Positions 1-7,669 of a DNA stretch of 19,094 nt are shown here, piece after piece. The notes under the pieces were generated by a model, which did no database searches, was not told where the DNA came from, and saw nothing but the letters and a program-made list of their open reading frames with translations. A program made the position numbers and the translations under genes. Origin of the DNA: Erysipelotrichaceae bacterium (GTDB taxonomy: Bacteria > Bacillota_I > Bacilli_A > Erysipelotrichales > Erysipelotrichaceae); contig JAZQFH010000023.1 in NCBI GenBank assembly GCA_045539425.1, forward strand, positions 1-19,094. The letters are read 5' to 3'. The first letter of the stretch is position 1, and every line of letters starts with the position of its first letter.

Positions 1-2
1 TC

Positions 3-191
3 ATTGTCGATGAAGAAGCAGCTTTGTTTTATTACTGCGGAGTCAACAGCTATCCGACTTCTTTCATTATTTCTCCGGATGGCGAGTTCCTGGCTTATGC
101 CAACGGGGCGTTGTCTCTGGATGGTTTCAATCAGTTTTTTGATTACAGCAAGTCGCTGTATGAGAAAACGGATTCCGGAGCGGAAGAATGA
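3..191 (+). CDS. C-terminal fragment of a TlpA/ResA-like thioredoxin-fold (redoxin) protein; the 5' end lies outside the window
   Basis: Not on the supplied ORF track because it has no in-window start codon. Frame 3 is open from position 3 to TGA at 189-191. It translates to IVDEEAALFYYCGVNSYPTSFIISPDGEFLAYANGALSLDGFNQFFDYSKSLYEKTDSGAEE. The Y-P-T-x-F-I-I-x-x-D-G segment followed by G-x(6)-[LF] is the typical C-terminal part of TlpA-like thiol-disulfide oxidoreductases. The overlapping frame-1 ORF 4..228 shows nothing recognisable. Confidence 0.55.
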   Translation: MVDEEAALFYYCGVNSYPTSFIISPDGEFLAYANGALSLDGFNQFFDYSKSLYEKTDSGAEE

Positions 192-251
192 ATCATGTTT
201 GTATCATTTGCTTGGTAAGATTTCGTAAAATCTAAATAGGAGGTTTTGTAA

Positions 252-623
252 ATGAGAAAATTAAGAACTATCATCATGGCGATGCTGGTAATCGCAATGG
301 CTGTTTCTGTAGCAGCTTGCGGAAAGAAGAGCGACAACTCGCTGGTCGGTATCTGGGAGTATGCGGACACGGAAAGCGATCTTGGTGCCGTCTATGATCT
401 GAAGGAAGACGGGACCGGAACCTATACGATGAAAGTCGGTGAAACCGAAGTAACTTACGAGTTGAAATATGAAGTGAAAGACGGGCATCTTCTGGTGACC
501 TTTGTCAATAATGAAACGTTTACTGAGGATGATGTCTTTGATTCTGAATTCACTTTACAGGATGCCAGTACGATGATCATCAAGGATTCTACTGGCATGG
601 AAATGACGTTCAACAAGAAATAA
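252..623 (+). CDS. Small secreted lipoprotein (lipocalin-like/DUF5640-like domain), function unknown
   Basis: ATG at 252 lies 8 nt downstream of AGGAGG (238-243). The N-terminus MRKLRTIIMAMLVIAMAVSVAAC is a signal peptide ending in a lipobox (V-A-A-C). The mature part (LVGIWEY...DGTGTY...YEVKDGHLL) resembles short beta-rich lipoprotein domains. Confidence 0.8.
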   Translation: MRKLRTIIMAMLVIAMAVSVAACGKKSDNSLVGIWEYADTESDLGAVYDLKEDGTGTYTMKVGETEVTYELKYEVKDGHLLVTFVNNETFTEDDVFDSEFTLQDASTMIIKDSTGMEMTFNKK

Positions 624-636
624 GGATCATCCCATT

Positions 637-675
637 GATCGAAGCACAAGAAACGAATCTATTCGATCTGTTTCT
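637..675 (+). terminator. Possible weak terminator or alternative hairpins after the lipoprotein gene
   Basis: Two mutually exclusive stems: gatcgaa (637-643)/ttcgatc (662-668), and agaaac (649-654)/gtttct (670-675). Only a poor T-tail follows (tgtttctc). Confidence 0.3.
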
Positions 676-911
676 CACGAGTATAAGATCCTCTATCCTT
701 TCTGCCTAAACGACATGTATGAAGCAGATTCCGATCATTTTAAGAAGAAGCAAAACCAGACAGTAATAAAGAAACTCCCATTCATATGTTTACTCACCCT
801 GGCTGACAGCAGGTTCTTTTGGCATGGATGAACGATCCTGTGTCGGCACCATGCGTGTTAGATGCCGGACAGGACGCATTGAAATTCTTAATCTACAAGA
901 AAGGCATAGCT

Positions 912-1058
912 TCATTTCAGCATGGCTTTCTGGACATCTGTCAGCTGCAGAGCGTCCATCAAAAGATCGTTGGCTTCTTTTGCAGTCTCGCAGTCGTTCT
1001 TTTCGCAGTAATCTTCCTGCACAAGCTCATCGATGTTGTCGTATTCTTTTTTTATCAC
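912..1058 (-). CDS. Hypothetical small acidic protein (48 aa), below the ORF-track size cutoff
   Basis: GTG at 1058-1056 lies 8 nt downstream of AGAGG (minus strand reads aaaagaggtaaatagccGTG). The frame stays open to TGA at 914-912. Translation: (M)IKKEYDNIDELVQEDYCEKNDCETAKEANDLLMDALQLTDVQKAMLK. Codon and amino-acid composition (E/D/K-rich) resembles the real genes in this window. A perfect TATAAT (1116-1111, minus strand) lies about 50 nt upstream but has no good -35. No family was recognised. Confidence 0.35.
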   Translation of the reverse strand: MIKKEYDNIDELVQEDYCEKNDCETAKEANDLLMDALQLTDVQKAMLK

Positions 1059-1233
1059 GGCTATTTACCTCTTTTCTAGGTAAACTTCAGGCCTTCCGCT
1101 TACAAGGAAAATTATAGCTATATTCTTTTTCAACGACCGCCCACTTTTGTGCCTATTTTTTCTCAGATTATTCCCACGGGTTTCCACATTTCCGGGCGTT
1201 TTCGACGATATGTTTTAGTTATCACCATTTTTG

Positions 1234-1275
1234 CAGATTTTTACGTAAGTCTTCACAGATATTACATAAGTCTTC
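1234..1275. repeat. Two adjacent ~21-bp direct repeats
   Basis: cagatttttacgtaagtcttc (1234-1254) is followed, after 1 nt, by cagatattacataagtcttc (1256-1275). The 14-nt cores ttacGtaagtcttc and ttacAtaagtcttc match at 13/14 positions. Confidence 0.7.
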
Positions 1276-1278
1276 GTC

Positions 1279-1298
1279 AAATTGGGGATAAATTGGGA
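1279..1298. repeat. Two 9-nt direct repeats with an 11-bp period
   Basis: aaattgggg (1279-1287) and aaattggga (1290-1298). Confidence 0.6.
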
Positions 1299-1357
1299 GA
1301 AACAGGGGTATTTTGCCTTTTGAAATGTACAAAATTTCCCGTTTTTTCCTCCAAATA

Positions 1358-1398
1358 GCCTTACAAAAGCCTTCAAAGCCCTTCAAAAGGCTTCATTT
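1358..1398. repeat. Four degenerate ~10-bp tandem units with phased A-tracts; also the probable location of the lysS terminator
   Basis: The units are gccttacaaaa (1358-1368), gccttcaaa (1369-1377), gcccttcaaaa (1378-1388) and ggcttcattt (1389-1398). aagcctt (1367-1373) and aaggctt (1387-1393) are reverse complements. On the minus strand they give a 7-bp stem followed by TTGT, just downstream of the lysS stop codon. Confidence 0.6.
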
Positions 1399-1425
1399 CG
1401 ATGGATTTACGTATGTTTTTTCGTC

Positions 1426-2919
1426 TTAGTCAGCACTCCGCTGCTTCATCGTCGGGAAGAGGATGACATCGCGGATGGAATCCGATTCCGTAAATAACAT
1501 GCATAAGCGGTCAATACCGTAACCGATACCGCCTGCAGGAGGCATACCGTATTCCAGAGCTTCGATGAAGTCCATATCGATATCGTTTGCCTCATCGTTT
1601 CCGAGATCTCTTTCTTTCAGCTGTTCTTCAAAGCGTTCCAGCTGATCGATCGGGTCGTTCAGTTCCGTATAGGCATTGCACATTTCCTTGCCGGCAATGA
1701 ACATTTCGAAGCGGTCCACAAAACGCGGATCTTCCGGATTCTTCTTTGTCAACGGGCTGATTTCCAGCGGATGTCCGTAAAGGAATGTCGGCTGGATCAG
1801 TGTTTCTTCGACATATTTTTCGAAGAAGGCGTTGATGATGTGTCCGACCGTGAAGTGTCCTTCCACTTCAATGCCGTGTTCTTTTGCTAAAGCCGTTGCT
1901 TCTTCGAGGGTGTATTCTTTCTTGAAGTCCACACCGCATGCTTCCTTAATGGCATCCGTCATGGAAATACGTTTCCAGTCACCTTCGAGATGGATCTCAT
2001 GTCCGTCCCAGTTGAAGACCGTCTTGCCGAACACTTCGTTCGCAATCGTCTTGAACATGTTTTCCGTTAAGTCCATCATGCCTTCCAGGTTGCTGTAGGC
2101 AAGATAGGCTTCCATTAATGTGAATTCCGGATTGTGTTTCGGATCCATGCCTTCATTACGGAAAACTCTGCCGATTTCATAGACCGCTTCCATACCGCCG
2201 ACTAAAAGTCTCTTTAAAGGCAGCTCCAAGGCAATACGCAGATACATGTCGATATCCTGGGTATTGTGATGAGTCACAAACGGTCTGGCGCTGGCGCCTG
2301 TCAATAAGGTTGTTAAGACCGGGGTTTCCACTTCCGTGAAGCCCTGGTTATCCATGTAGTTGCGGATGCACTTGATGATCTGCGGACGCAGGAAGGCCGT
2401 GCGTTTGCTTTCCTCATTCATGATGAGGTCGACATATCTTCTTCTGTATCTCTCTTCCACATCCTGTAAGCCGTGGAATTTTTCCGGCAGCGGTGTTAAG
2501 GATTTGGATAAATGGGTATACTCATTGGCCTTGACGGACAGCTCGCCGCTGTCAGTTTTGACAACTTCCCCTTTAATTCCGATAATATCGCCGATATCGC
2601 TGGCTTTGAAGATCTCATAGACATCTTCGCCCACCGTCATCTTGTTCACAACGATCTGAATCTGTCCATCCTTATCCTGAATATGCATGAAGCCGATTTT
2701 TCCCATACGGCGCTTGCTCATGATACGGCCGGCCACGGAAACGATCACCGCTTTCTCTGCCAGCTCTTCCTTCGTGCATTCGCCATACGCTTCTTTCAGG
2801 CTCTTGCTGTTGGCGTCTCTTTTGTATGCCTGTCCGAACGGGTCAATACCCTTCTCCTTTAAGGCATTCATCTTTTCTCTTCTGACCAGCTGCTGATCGT
2901 TTAATACTCTCTCTTCCAT
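1426..2919 (-). CDS. lysS: Lysine--tRNA ligase, class II
   Basis: Full-length match to the bacterial class II LysRS pattern: an N-terminal OB anticodon-binding domain, [20 protein letters not shown] (motif 2 region) and [14 protein letters not shown] (motif 3). The ORF track starts at a TTG (2931) that sits inside the SD. I prefer ATG at 2919-2917, which lies 5 nt downstream of GGAGG (minus strand reads ttttGGAGGaagagATG) and gives [10 protein letters not shown]... Confidence 0.95.
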   Translation of the reverse strand: MEERVLNDQQLVRREKMNALKEKGIDPFGQAYKRDANSKSLKEAYGECTKEELAEKAVIVSVAGRIMSKRRMGKIGFMHIQDKDGQIQIVVNKMTVGEDVYEIFKASDIGDIIGIKGEVVKTDSGELSVKANEYTHLSKSLTPLPEKFHGLQDVEERYRRRYVDLIMNEESKRTAFLRPQIIKCIRNYMDNQGFTEVETPVLTTLLTGASARPFVTHHNTQDIDMYLRIALELPLKRLLVGGMEAVYEIGRVFRNEGMDPKHNPEFTLMEAYLAYSNLEGMMDLTENMFKTIANEVFGKTVFNWDGHEIHLEGDWKRISMTDAIKEACGVDFKKEYTLEEATALAKEHGIEVEGHFTVGHIINAFFEKYVEETLIQPTFLYGHPLEISPLTKKNPEDPRFVDRFEMFIAGKEMCNAYTELNDPIDQLERFEEQLKERDLGNDEANDIDMDFIEALEYGMPPAGGIGYGIDRLCMLFTESDSIRDVILFPTMKQRSAD

Positions 2920-2940
2920 CTCTTCCTCCAAAACTTTCTC

Positions 2941-2972
2941 AAAAAATAAAAAACGTCCGATCTAAGGACGTT
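2941..2972 (-). terminator. Intrinsic terminator (attenuator) of the lysS T-box leader
   Basis: The minus strand reads AACGUCC-UUAGAUC-GGACGUU followed by UUUUUAUUUUUU. The stem halves are at 2966-2972 and 2952-2958. Its 5' half lies directly 3' of the T-box sequence, as expected for terminator/antiterminator competition. Confidence 0.8.
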
Positions 2973-3146
2973 AACACGCGGTACCACCTTAGTTCATGAG
3001 CCGATAGCCCATGCCCTCTGACCCCGTAACGCGGGGATGCGATTCACTCCGGGTTTTTATTCATCTGTGTTGCGCATCTCTTTCCACCCACCAGAGATTC
3101 TCTCTGCCGCAGACTGCAGACTACTCGTCCCCATCCTTATGACAAG
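2941..3146 (-). promoter_or_regulatory. T-box riboswitch leader of lysS with an AAA (Lys) specifier
   Basis: The minus-strand RNA carries the canonical T-box sequence AACUAAGGUGGUACCGCGUG (forward cgcggtaccacc at 2977-2988). Stem I elements are present: GAGUAG, the AGAGAGA bulge, and an AUCUCU-GGUGGGUGGAA-AGAGAU distal hairpin. There are also a CCCCG-CGUUA-CGGGG hairpin, a CAUGGGC/GCUCAUG stem III and a terminal intrinsic terminator. The Specifier-loop 3' side reads GAAUAAAAA, so AAA plus the conserved 3' purine falls at about 3054-3058. Confidence 0.85.
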
Positions 3147-3149
3147 ACT

Positions 3150-3178
3150 ATTTTAGCGAAAGAAGGTTCTTTCGTCAA
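3150..3178 (-). promoter_or_regulatory. Sigma-A-type promoter of the lysS leader
   Basis: On the minus strand, TTGACG (3178-3173) is followed by a 17-nt spacer and TAAAAT (3155-3150). It lies between the dusB stop and T-box stem I. Confidence 0.6.
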
Positions 3179-3202
3179 CGAATTCCGAAAAAAAGGGAAG
3201 TC

Positions 3203-4210
3203 CTATGCTCCCCTGTTCCGTAATGCTTCGATTGCTGCCTTCTGCTCATCCTTATCCAGTAAGAGAATCTGTTCATAAGAGCCCAGAAGCTGAATGATTT
3301 CATCCTTTGTACGGACATGATTCAGAAGGTCTTTCATCCGGTTATTGTACGGAAGTCCGCTTAAGTACCAACCGGACTGGCCGCGCATTTCCCGCACGCC
3401 GATGTATTCCCCTTTCAGGTCAATGAGCTTGTTCATATGCGTCACTAACATCTGTAAACGTTCCTGAACGTTGACCTCGCTCTTCCTTCCCGTGATCAGC
3501 TCCTTTACCAGCCAGGGATTTCCGCAGATGGCTCTGGCAACCATGACGCCGTCGCACCCCGTCAAAACTTCCATGCGCATCTTGTCGTCATAGGAATCCA
3601 CATCCCCGTTGCCAATCACCGGAATGGATACCGCTTCCTTTACCCGGCGTATGACATCCCAGTCCGCTTTTCCTTCATAAAGCTGTTTGCGGGTTCTTCC
3701 GTGTACCGCAATGGCACTGACTCCCGCCTTTTCCATTAAAACGGCTACTTCCGGGGCATTGATGCTGTTCTCATCCCAGCCGGAACGGATCTTGACCGTA
3801 ACCGGTTTCTGCACATGGGTCACGATTTCATGAATCAGTTCGTACGCATACTGCGGCTCCCGCATTAAAGCGGACCCGGCACCGTTAGAGGTGATCTTCG
3901 GCATCGGGCATCCCATGTTGATGTCAATGATCTCACAGCTGACATTCTGATCGATATACTCCGCTGCCTGCACCATGGAATCCATGTCATGCCCGAACAA
4001 CTGCATACTGAAAGGATGCTCCTTCTCTGAGACTTCGAGCATCTTCATGGTTTTTTCATTCCGGTAACAGATGGCCTTATCGCTTACCATCTCACTGTAC
4101 ACTAAAGCAATCCCTTCCTGAATCACCAGTTCACGGAACGCCTGATTGGTAATGCCTGCCATCGGCCCCAGAATCACATCATTTTTTAATTCGATCTCAC
4201 GAATCTTCAT
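3203..4210 (-). CDS. dusB: tRNA-dihydrouridine synthase (DusB family)
   Basis: Dus family signatures are present: ILGPMAGITNQAFR, NMGCPMPKI (catalytic Cys) and a TIM-barrel FMN enzyme layout. The start ATG overlaps the hslO stop codon (ATGA at 4210-4207). Confidence 0.9.
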   Translation of the reverse strand: MKIREIELKNDVILGPMAGITNQAFRELVIQEGIALVYSEMVSDKAICYRNEKTMKMLEVSEKEHPFSMQLFGHDMDSMVQAAEYIDQNVSCEIIDINMGCPMPKITSNGAGSALMREPQYAYELIHEIVTHVQKPVTVKIRSGWDENSINAPEVAVLMEKAGVSAIAVHGRTRKQLYEGKADWDVIRRVKEAVSIPVIGNGDVDSYDDKMRMEVLTGCDGVMVARAICGNPWLVKELITGRKSEVNVQERLQMLVTHMNKLIDLKGEYIGVREMRGQSGWYLSGLPYNNRMKDLLNHVRTKDEIIQLLGSYEQILLLDKDEQKAAIEALRNRGA

Positions 4211-5091
4211 GCTTTCTTCCGTTTTTCACTTAAAAGCTTTGTCAGATCTTCCTCACTGAACTGATATTTGGTATTGCAGTAGCGGCAGACGATCTCGCAG
4301 CCGTGATCTTCCCGGATCATTTCCTCAAGATCCTCTTCCTTCAGTGTCGTCAGAGCTTCCATCATGCGGTGTTTGGAGCAGTTGCACTCAAACTTCAGGT
4401 CTTCCTCTTCCAGAATCTCGATTTCATCTCCGAAGATCTCATCCAGAAGTTCCTTCGGATCCCTGACTTCGTCCACCAGCGTGCTGATCGGTTTCAGGCC
4501 CAGGATGATATTCTCACAGAACGAGATATCCGCTTCCGTTGCCTGCGGCATCATCTGGATCATGAATACACCGGCAGACTTCGTCGTCATGTCATCATTC
4601 ACCAGTACACCGACGCTGATGGCTGTCGGAATCTGCTCACTTACCGTGAAATAGTAGGCAAAGTCTTCCCCGATTTCCCCTGTCTGCAGAGCCGTTGTCC
4701 CCGTAAAGTCATCCTTTAAGGAAATATCACGGATGACGCGCAGATAACCGTTGGTTCCGACTGCCTTGCCGACATCCAGTTTATGCGTCTTCTCGTTCAC
4801 CAGCATGACATGCGGTTCGGAGACAAAGCCGCGCACTTTCCCGTGCGGGAACGCATCGACCATGATCGTGCCGAGTTTCCCTCCGCCGTTGATCTGAATC
4901 GTGAGTTTTTCATCGTCACTCTTCAACATGCCGCCCATGACCGTCGCAATGGAGAGCGTTCTTCCCAGAGCCGCCGTTGCCGTCGGCCATAAATCGTGAT
5001 GTTTTCTGGCTTCTTCCACCAGATCTGTTGTATATGCCAGATAGACACGTGCGTGTCCGTCCGCAATTAATCCTTTGATCAGTTTATCCAT
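4207..5091 (-). CDS. hslO: Redox-regulated chaperone Hsp33
   Basis: Length is Hsp33-like. The C-terminal zinc centre is present as CNCS...CRYC (C-x-C ... C-x-x-C). The N-terminal region DKLIKGL...ARVYLA is typical of HslO. Confidence 0.95.
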   Translation of the reverse strand: MDKLIKGLIADGHARVYLAYTTDLVEEARKHHDLWPTATAALGRTLSIATVMGGMLKSDDEKLTIQINGGGKLGTIMVDAFPHGKVRGFVSEPHVMLVNEKTHKLDVGKAVGTNGYLRVIRDISLKDDFTGTTALQTGEIGEDFAYYFTVSEQIPTAISVGVLVNDDMTTKSAGVFMIQMMPQATEADISFCENIILGLKPISTLVDEVRDPKELLDEIFGDEIEILEEEDLKFECNCSKHRMMEALTTLKEEDLEEMIREDHGCEIVCRYCNTKYQFSEEDLTKLLSEKRKKA

Positions 5092-5111
5092 ATTTCTTCA
5101 CTTCCCACTAG

Positions 5112-5120
5112 ATTATAGCA
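5112..5120 (-). promoter_or_regulatory. Extended -10 promoter element for hslO-dusB
   Basis: The minus strand reads TGCTATAAT (TGn + TATAAT), about 20 nt upstream of the hslO ATG and immediately downstream of the ftsH terminator. The -35 is weak. Confidence 0.45.
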
Positions 5121-5133
5121 CATTCCCTTCTTT

Positions 5134-5164
5134 GGAAAAAAAGATGCGTTATTCCGCATCTTTT
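5134..5164 (-). terminator. Intrinsic terminator of the tilS-hpt-ftsH unit
   Basis: The minus strand reads AAGAUGCG-GAAUAA-CGCAUCUU followed by UUUUUCC. The stem halves are at 5155-5162 and 5141-5148. The ftsH stop codon TAA (5151-5149) sits in the loop. Confidence 0.7.
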
Positions 5165-7107
5165 GTTTCATTCACTTCTTCTGCTTCAACTACTTCCGTC
5201 TCTTCTGTTTTCTCTTCGACCGGTTTCACTTCTTCAGCAGCTGTATTTTCTTCCTCTTCACCGAACACTTCCTTCGCGCTCTTACCTTCCGCTAATGCGT
5301 AGATTTCTTCGCTGGTCAGTGTCTCATGTTCCAGAAGCGCATTTGCGATCTTATCCAGTAACTCACGGTTTTCAAGGATGATTTCCTTTGCTTTCTTGTA
5401 ACAGGAATCAATAATCCGGCGGACTTCCGTATCGATTTCAAAAGCCACACCGCCGGAAACATTGCTTGCGGCGGAATAGTCACGTCCGAGGAAGACGCTC
5501 TGCGTACCGTTATCGTATTTGATCGGTCCGAGGTCGCTCATTCCGTACAGGGTGACCATGTCTCTGGCCAGCTGGGTTGCCTGCTCAATATCGTTGGAAG
5601 CACCCGTACTGATTTCATTGAAGACCACTTCTTCCGCAACTCTGCCGCCTAAGTAGCCGGTGATCATCGCCAGAAGGGAATTCTTCGTATTCAGCAGCGT
5701 TTCTTCCTTCGGTGTCATTAAGTTATAGCCACCTGCCATTCCACGCGGAATGATGGTGACTTTCTGAACCATCTGCGCACCGTCCAGTTTCAGACCGACC
5801 ACCGCATGACCTGTTTCATGGTAGGCCACCAGTTTCTTTTCCTTTTCCGTATAGGTACGGGATTTCTTGGCCGGACCCATCATGACACGGTCGATGGCTT
5901 CATCCAGAAGATCCATCGTGATCTCTTCCCGGTTATTTCTGACTGCCAGGATCGCAGCTTCATTCAGTACGTTTTCCAGATCGGCACCGCTGAAGCCCGG
6001 CGTACGTTTTGCCAGAGCGTTCAGGTCGATCTCTTTCGAGAGTTTCTTATTGCGGGCATGAACGCCGAGGATCGCCGCTCTTCCCTTTCTGTCCGGCAGA
6101 CTTACCGTAATCTGACGGTCGAATCTGCCCGGTCTGAGTAATGCCGGGTCCAGAACGTCCGGACGGTTGGTTGCCGCAATGACGAGAACGCCTTCGTTTT
6201 CATCAATGCCGTCCATCTCAACCAGAAGCTGGTTCAATGTCTGTTCTCTTTCATCGTGACCGCCGCCGATACCGGCACCTCTCTGACGTCCGACCGCATC
6301 GATCTCATCGATGAAGATCATGCACGGAGCCGTCTTGACGGCATTCTTGAACATGTCACGGACACGGGATGCACCGACACCGACAAACATTTCCACGAAG
6401 TCGGAACCGCTGATGGAGTAGAACGGAACATCCGCCTCACCGGCGACCGCCTTTGCCAGTAATGTCTTACCTGTTCCCGGAGGACCGACCAGAAGGATGC
6501 CCTTCGGAATACGGGCTCCCATGCGGGAGAACTTCTTCGGGTTCTTCAGATACTCGATGAGTTCCGTCATCTCTTCTTTTTCTTCCGTGCAGCCTTCAAC
6601 ATCATCAAAGCGGACACGGATATCCTTCTCCAGTCTGGCACGCGATTTGGAGAATTCGAAGGCATTGTTGTTATTGCCTCCGCCCATGCGTGACACTAAC
6701 AAAAGCGTAAATCCGCCGAAAATCACAATCGGCAGAACATTGGTCAGAAATTCCACAAAGGGATTGGTCTGATAGGCGCTGGCAATGGAAACTTCCGCCT
6801 TCTTGCCGGCCGTCAGTTTTTCCACCAGGTCGTTATTGGCCTGCTCGGTATTCGGAATCCGCGCAGTAAAACCGACCGTTTCTCCCTTGGCGTTCTTGTA
6901 GGTACCCTTGACATCAATTACAACAGAGCTGATCGTCAGGCTGGCTTTTTCAATGCGGTCTTCCGCGACCAGTTCCTGGAACTCGTTATAATTCAGATGG
7001 GTGGTTGCGATTCCGCTGCTCATGCTCATGATGGAATATAATGCCATCAGCACGATCAGATACGGAATGATATTCGTCCATTTTCTGTTATTCACTTGGC
7101 GCTTCAA
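5149..7107 (-). CDS. ftsH: ATP-dependent zinc metalloprotease FtsH
   Basis: The protein has two N-terminal TM segments, an AAA+ Walker A (GPPGTGKT), Walker B (IIFIDEIDA), an SRH region and the zinc motif HETGHA. The start is ambiguous. TTG at 7107 directly abuts the AAGGAG SD, whereas GTG at 7095 is 12 nt from it and gives (M)[12 protein letters not shown]... The C-terminus is a Glu-rich tail. Confidence 0.95.
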   Translation of the reverse strand: MKRQVNNRKWTNIIPYLIVLMALYSIMSMSSGIATTHLNYNEFQELVAEDRIEKASLTISSVVIDVKGTYKNAKGETVGFTARIPNTEQANNDLVEKLTAGKKAEVSIASAYQTNPFVEFLTNVLPIVIFGGFTLLLVSRMGGGNNNNAFEFSKSRARLEKDIRVRFDDVEGCTEEKEEMTELIEYLKNPKKFSRMGARIPKGILLVGPPGTGKTLLAKAVAGEADVPFYSISGSDFVEMFVGVGASRVRDMFKNAVKTAPCMIFIDEIDAVGRQRGAGIGGGHDEREQTLNQLLVEMDGIDENEGVLVIAATNRPDVLDPALLRPGRFDRQITVSLPDRKGRAAILGVHARNKKLSKEIDLNALAKRTPGFSGADLENVLNEAAILAVRNNREEITMDLLDEAIDRVMMGPAKKSRTYTEKEKKLVAYHETGHAVVGLKLDGAQMVQKVTIIPRGMAGGYNLMTPKEETLLNTKNSLLAMITGYLGGRVAEEVVFNEISTGASNDIEQATQLARDMVTLYGMSDLGPIKYDNGTQSVFLGRDYSAASNVSGGVAFEIDTEVRRIIDSCYKKAKEIILENRELLDKIANALLEHETLTSEEIYALAEGKSAKEVFGEEEENTAAEEVKPVEEKTEETEVVEAEEVNETKDAE

Positions 7108-7111
7108 CTCC

Positions 7112-7648
7112 TTATTTGTAGCATTCTTCTTTCAATACACCGATGAAAGGAAGATTGCGATACTTCTGGTTGTAATCGAGACCAAATCCGATCACAAATT
7201 CATTCGGAATGTCAAATGCCACATAGTCCGCAGTGATTTCCGTTGTTCTGCGTTCCTTTTTATCCAGCATCGTGACAATCTTCACTTCATTTGCGCCGCG
7301 ATCCAAAAGCATCTTGCGGACCTTGGTCAGGGTCACACCCGTATCGACAATATCTTCAACAAGAAGGATATTCTCTCCGACAATATCCCTTGTCAAATCC
7401 ATGATGATTTTGACGTTTCCCGTGGTTCCCGTTCCCTGATAGGAAGAGACGCACATGAACTCCAGTTCCACGTCCAGGTCGATCCGTTTGGAGATTTCCG
7501 TCATGAATGGGGCACTTCCCTTTAAAATGGAAACCAGGATCGGCGGTTTCTTTCCTGCGTAGTCTTTCGTGATCTGCTCTCCGAGCTCTTTGCAGCGGGC
7601 AATGATATCCTCTTCAGTCAGCAGAATTTTTTCAACATCTTTATGCAT
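7112..7648 (-). CDS. hpt: Hypoxanthine(-guanine) phosphoribosyltransferase
   Basis: The PRPP-binding motif LLVEDIVDTGVT is present, the length is about 178 aa, and GFGLDY lies near the C-terminus. GGAGG is 7 nt upstream of the ATG. Confidence 0.95.
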   Translation of the reverse strand: MHKDVEKILLTEEDIIARCKELGEQITKDYAGKKPPILVSILKGSAPFMTEISKRIDLDVELEFMCVSSYQGTGTTGNVKIIMDLTRDIVGENILLVEDIVDTGVTLTKVRKMLLDRGANEVKIVTMLDKKERRTTEITADYVAFDIPNEFVIGFGLDYNQKYRNLPFIGVLKEECYK

Positions 7649-7669
7649 ACTGATTCCTCCACACAGTTA

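Noticed and set aside
735-785. 16-codon hydrophobic mini-ORF on the minus strand (MNGSFFITVWFCFFLK) with a GGTGAG upstream; considered as a type I toxin
   Set aside because: It is too short for known type I toxins. No convincing promoter or antisense-RNA partner is visible, and such ORFs arise easily by chance in AT-rich spacers.
819-1117. Two overlapping plus-strand ORFs (86 and 97 aa) in the gap
   Set aside because: They overlap each other in different frames, lack SD sequences and are Cys/Phe/Leu/Arg-rich. The opposite strand carries a better-supported small ORF (912-1058) with an SD.
1180-1291. Cluster of DnaA-box-like 9-mers (gtttccaca at 1180-1188, ttatcacca at 1219-1227, tggggataa at 1283-1291); considered as an origin or DnaA-box cluster
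   Set aside because: Only one is within one mismatch of TTATCCACA; the others have two mismatches. There is no dnaA or dnaN nearby and no AT-rich unwinding element that I can point to. That is insufficient to call.
1335-1348. Exact 14-nt match tttcccgttttttc between 1335-1348 and the 3' half of the pfp terminator (18969-18982)
   Set aside because: For a 19-kb window the expected number of chance 14-mer matches is on the order of one: about 1.8e8 position pairs divided by 4^14. It is higher still for T-rich words. At 1335 there is no complementary 5' arm, so it is not a duplicated terminator.
1149-1358. 69-aa plus-strand ORF with a GTG start
   Set aside because: It has no SD and runs straight through the tandem repeats, so the repeated peptide segments are a by-product. 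It would converge head-on into lysS. It is more likely non-coding.
7001-7525. 174-aa plus-strand ORF spanning the ftsH start and hpt
   Set aside because: It crosses the boundary between two strongly supported minus-strand genes and has low-complexity hydrophobic/His-rich content with no SD. It is a shadow ORF. The same reasoning applies to 9064..9459, 4303..4719, 8297..8668, 11806..12261, 17661..18128 and the Arg-rich 18051..18551.
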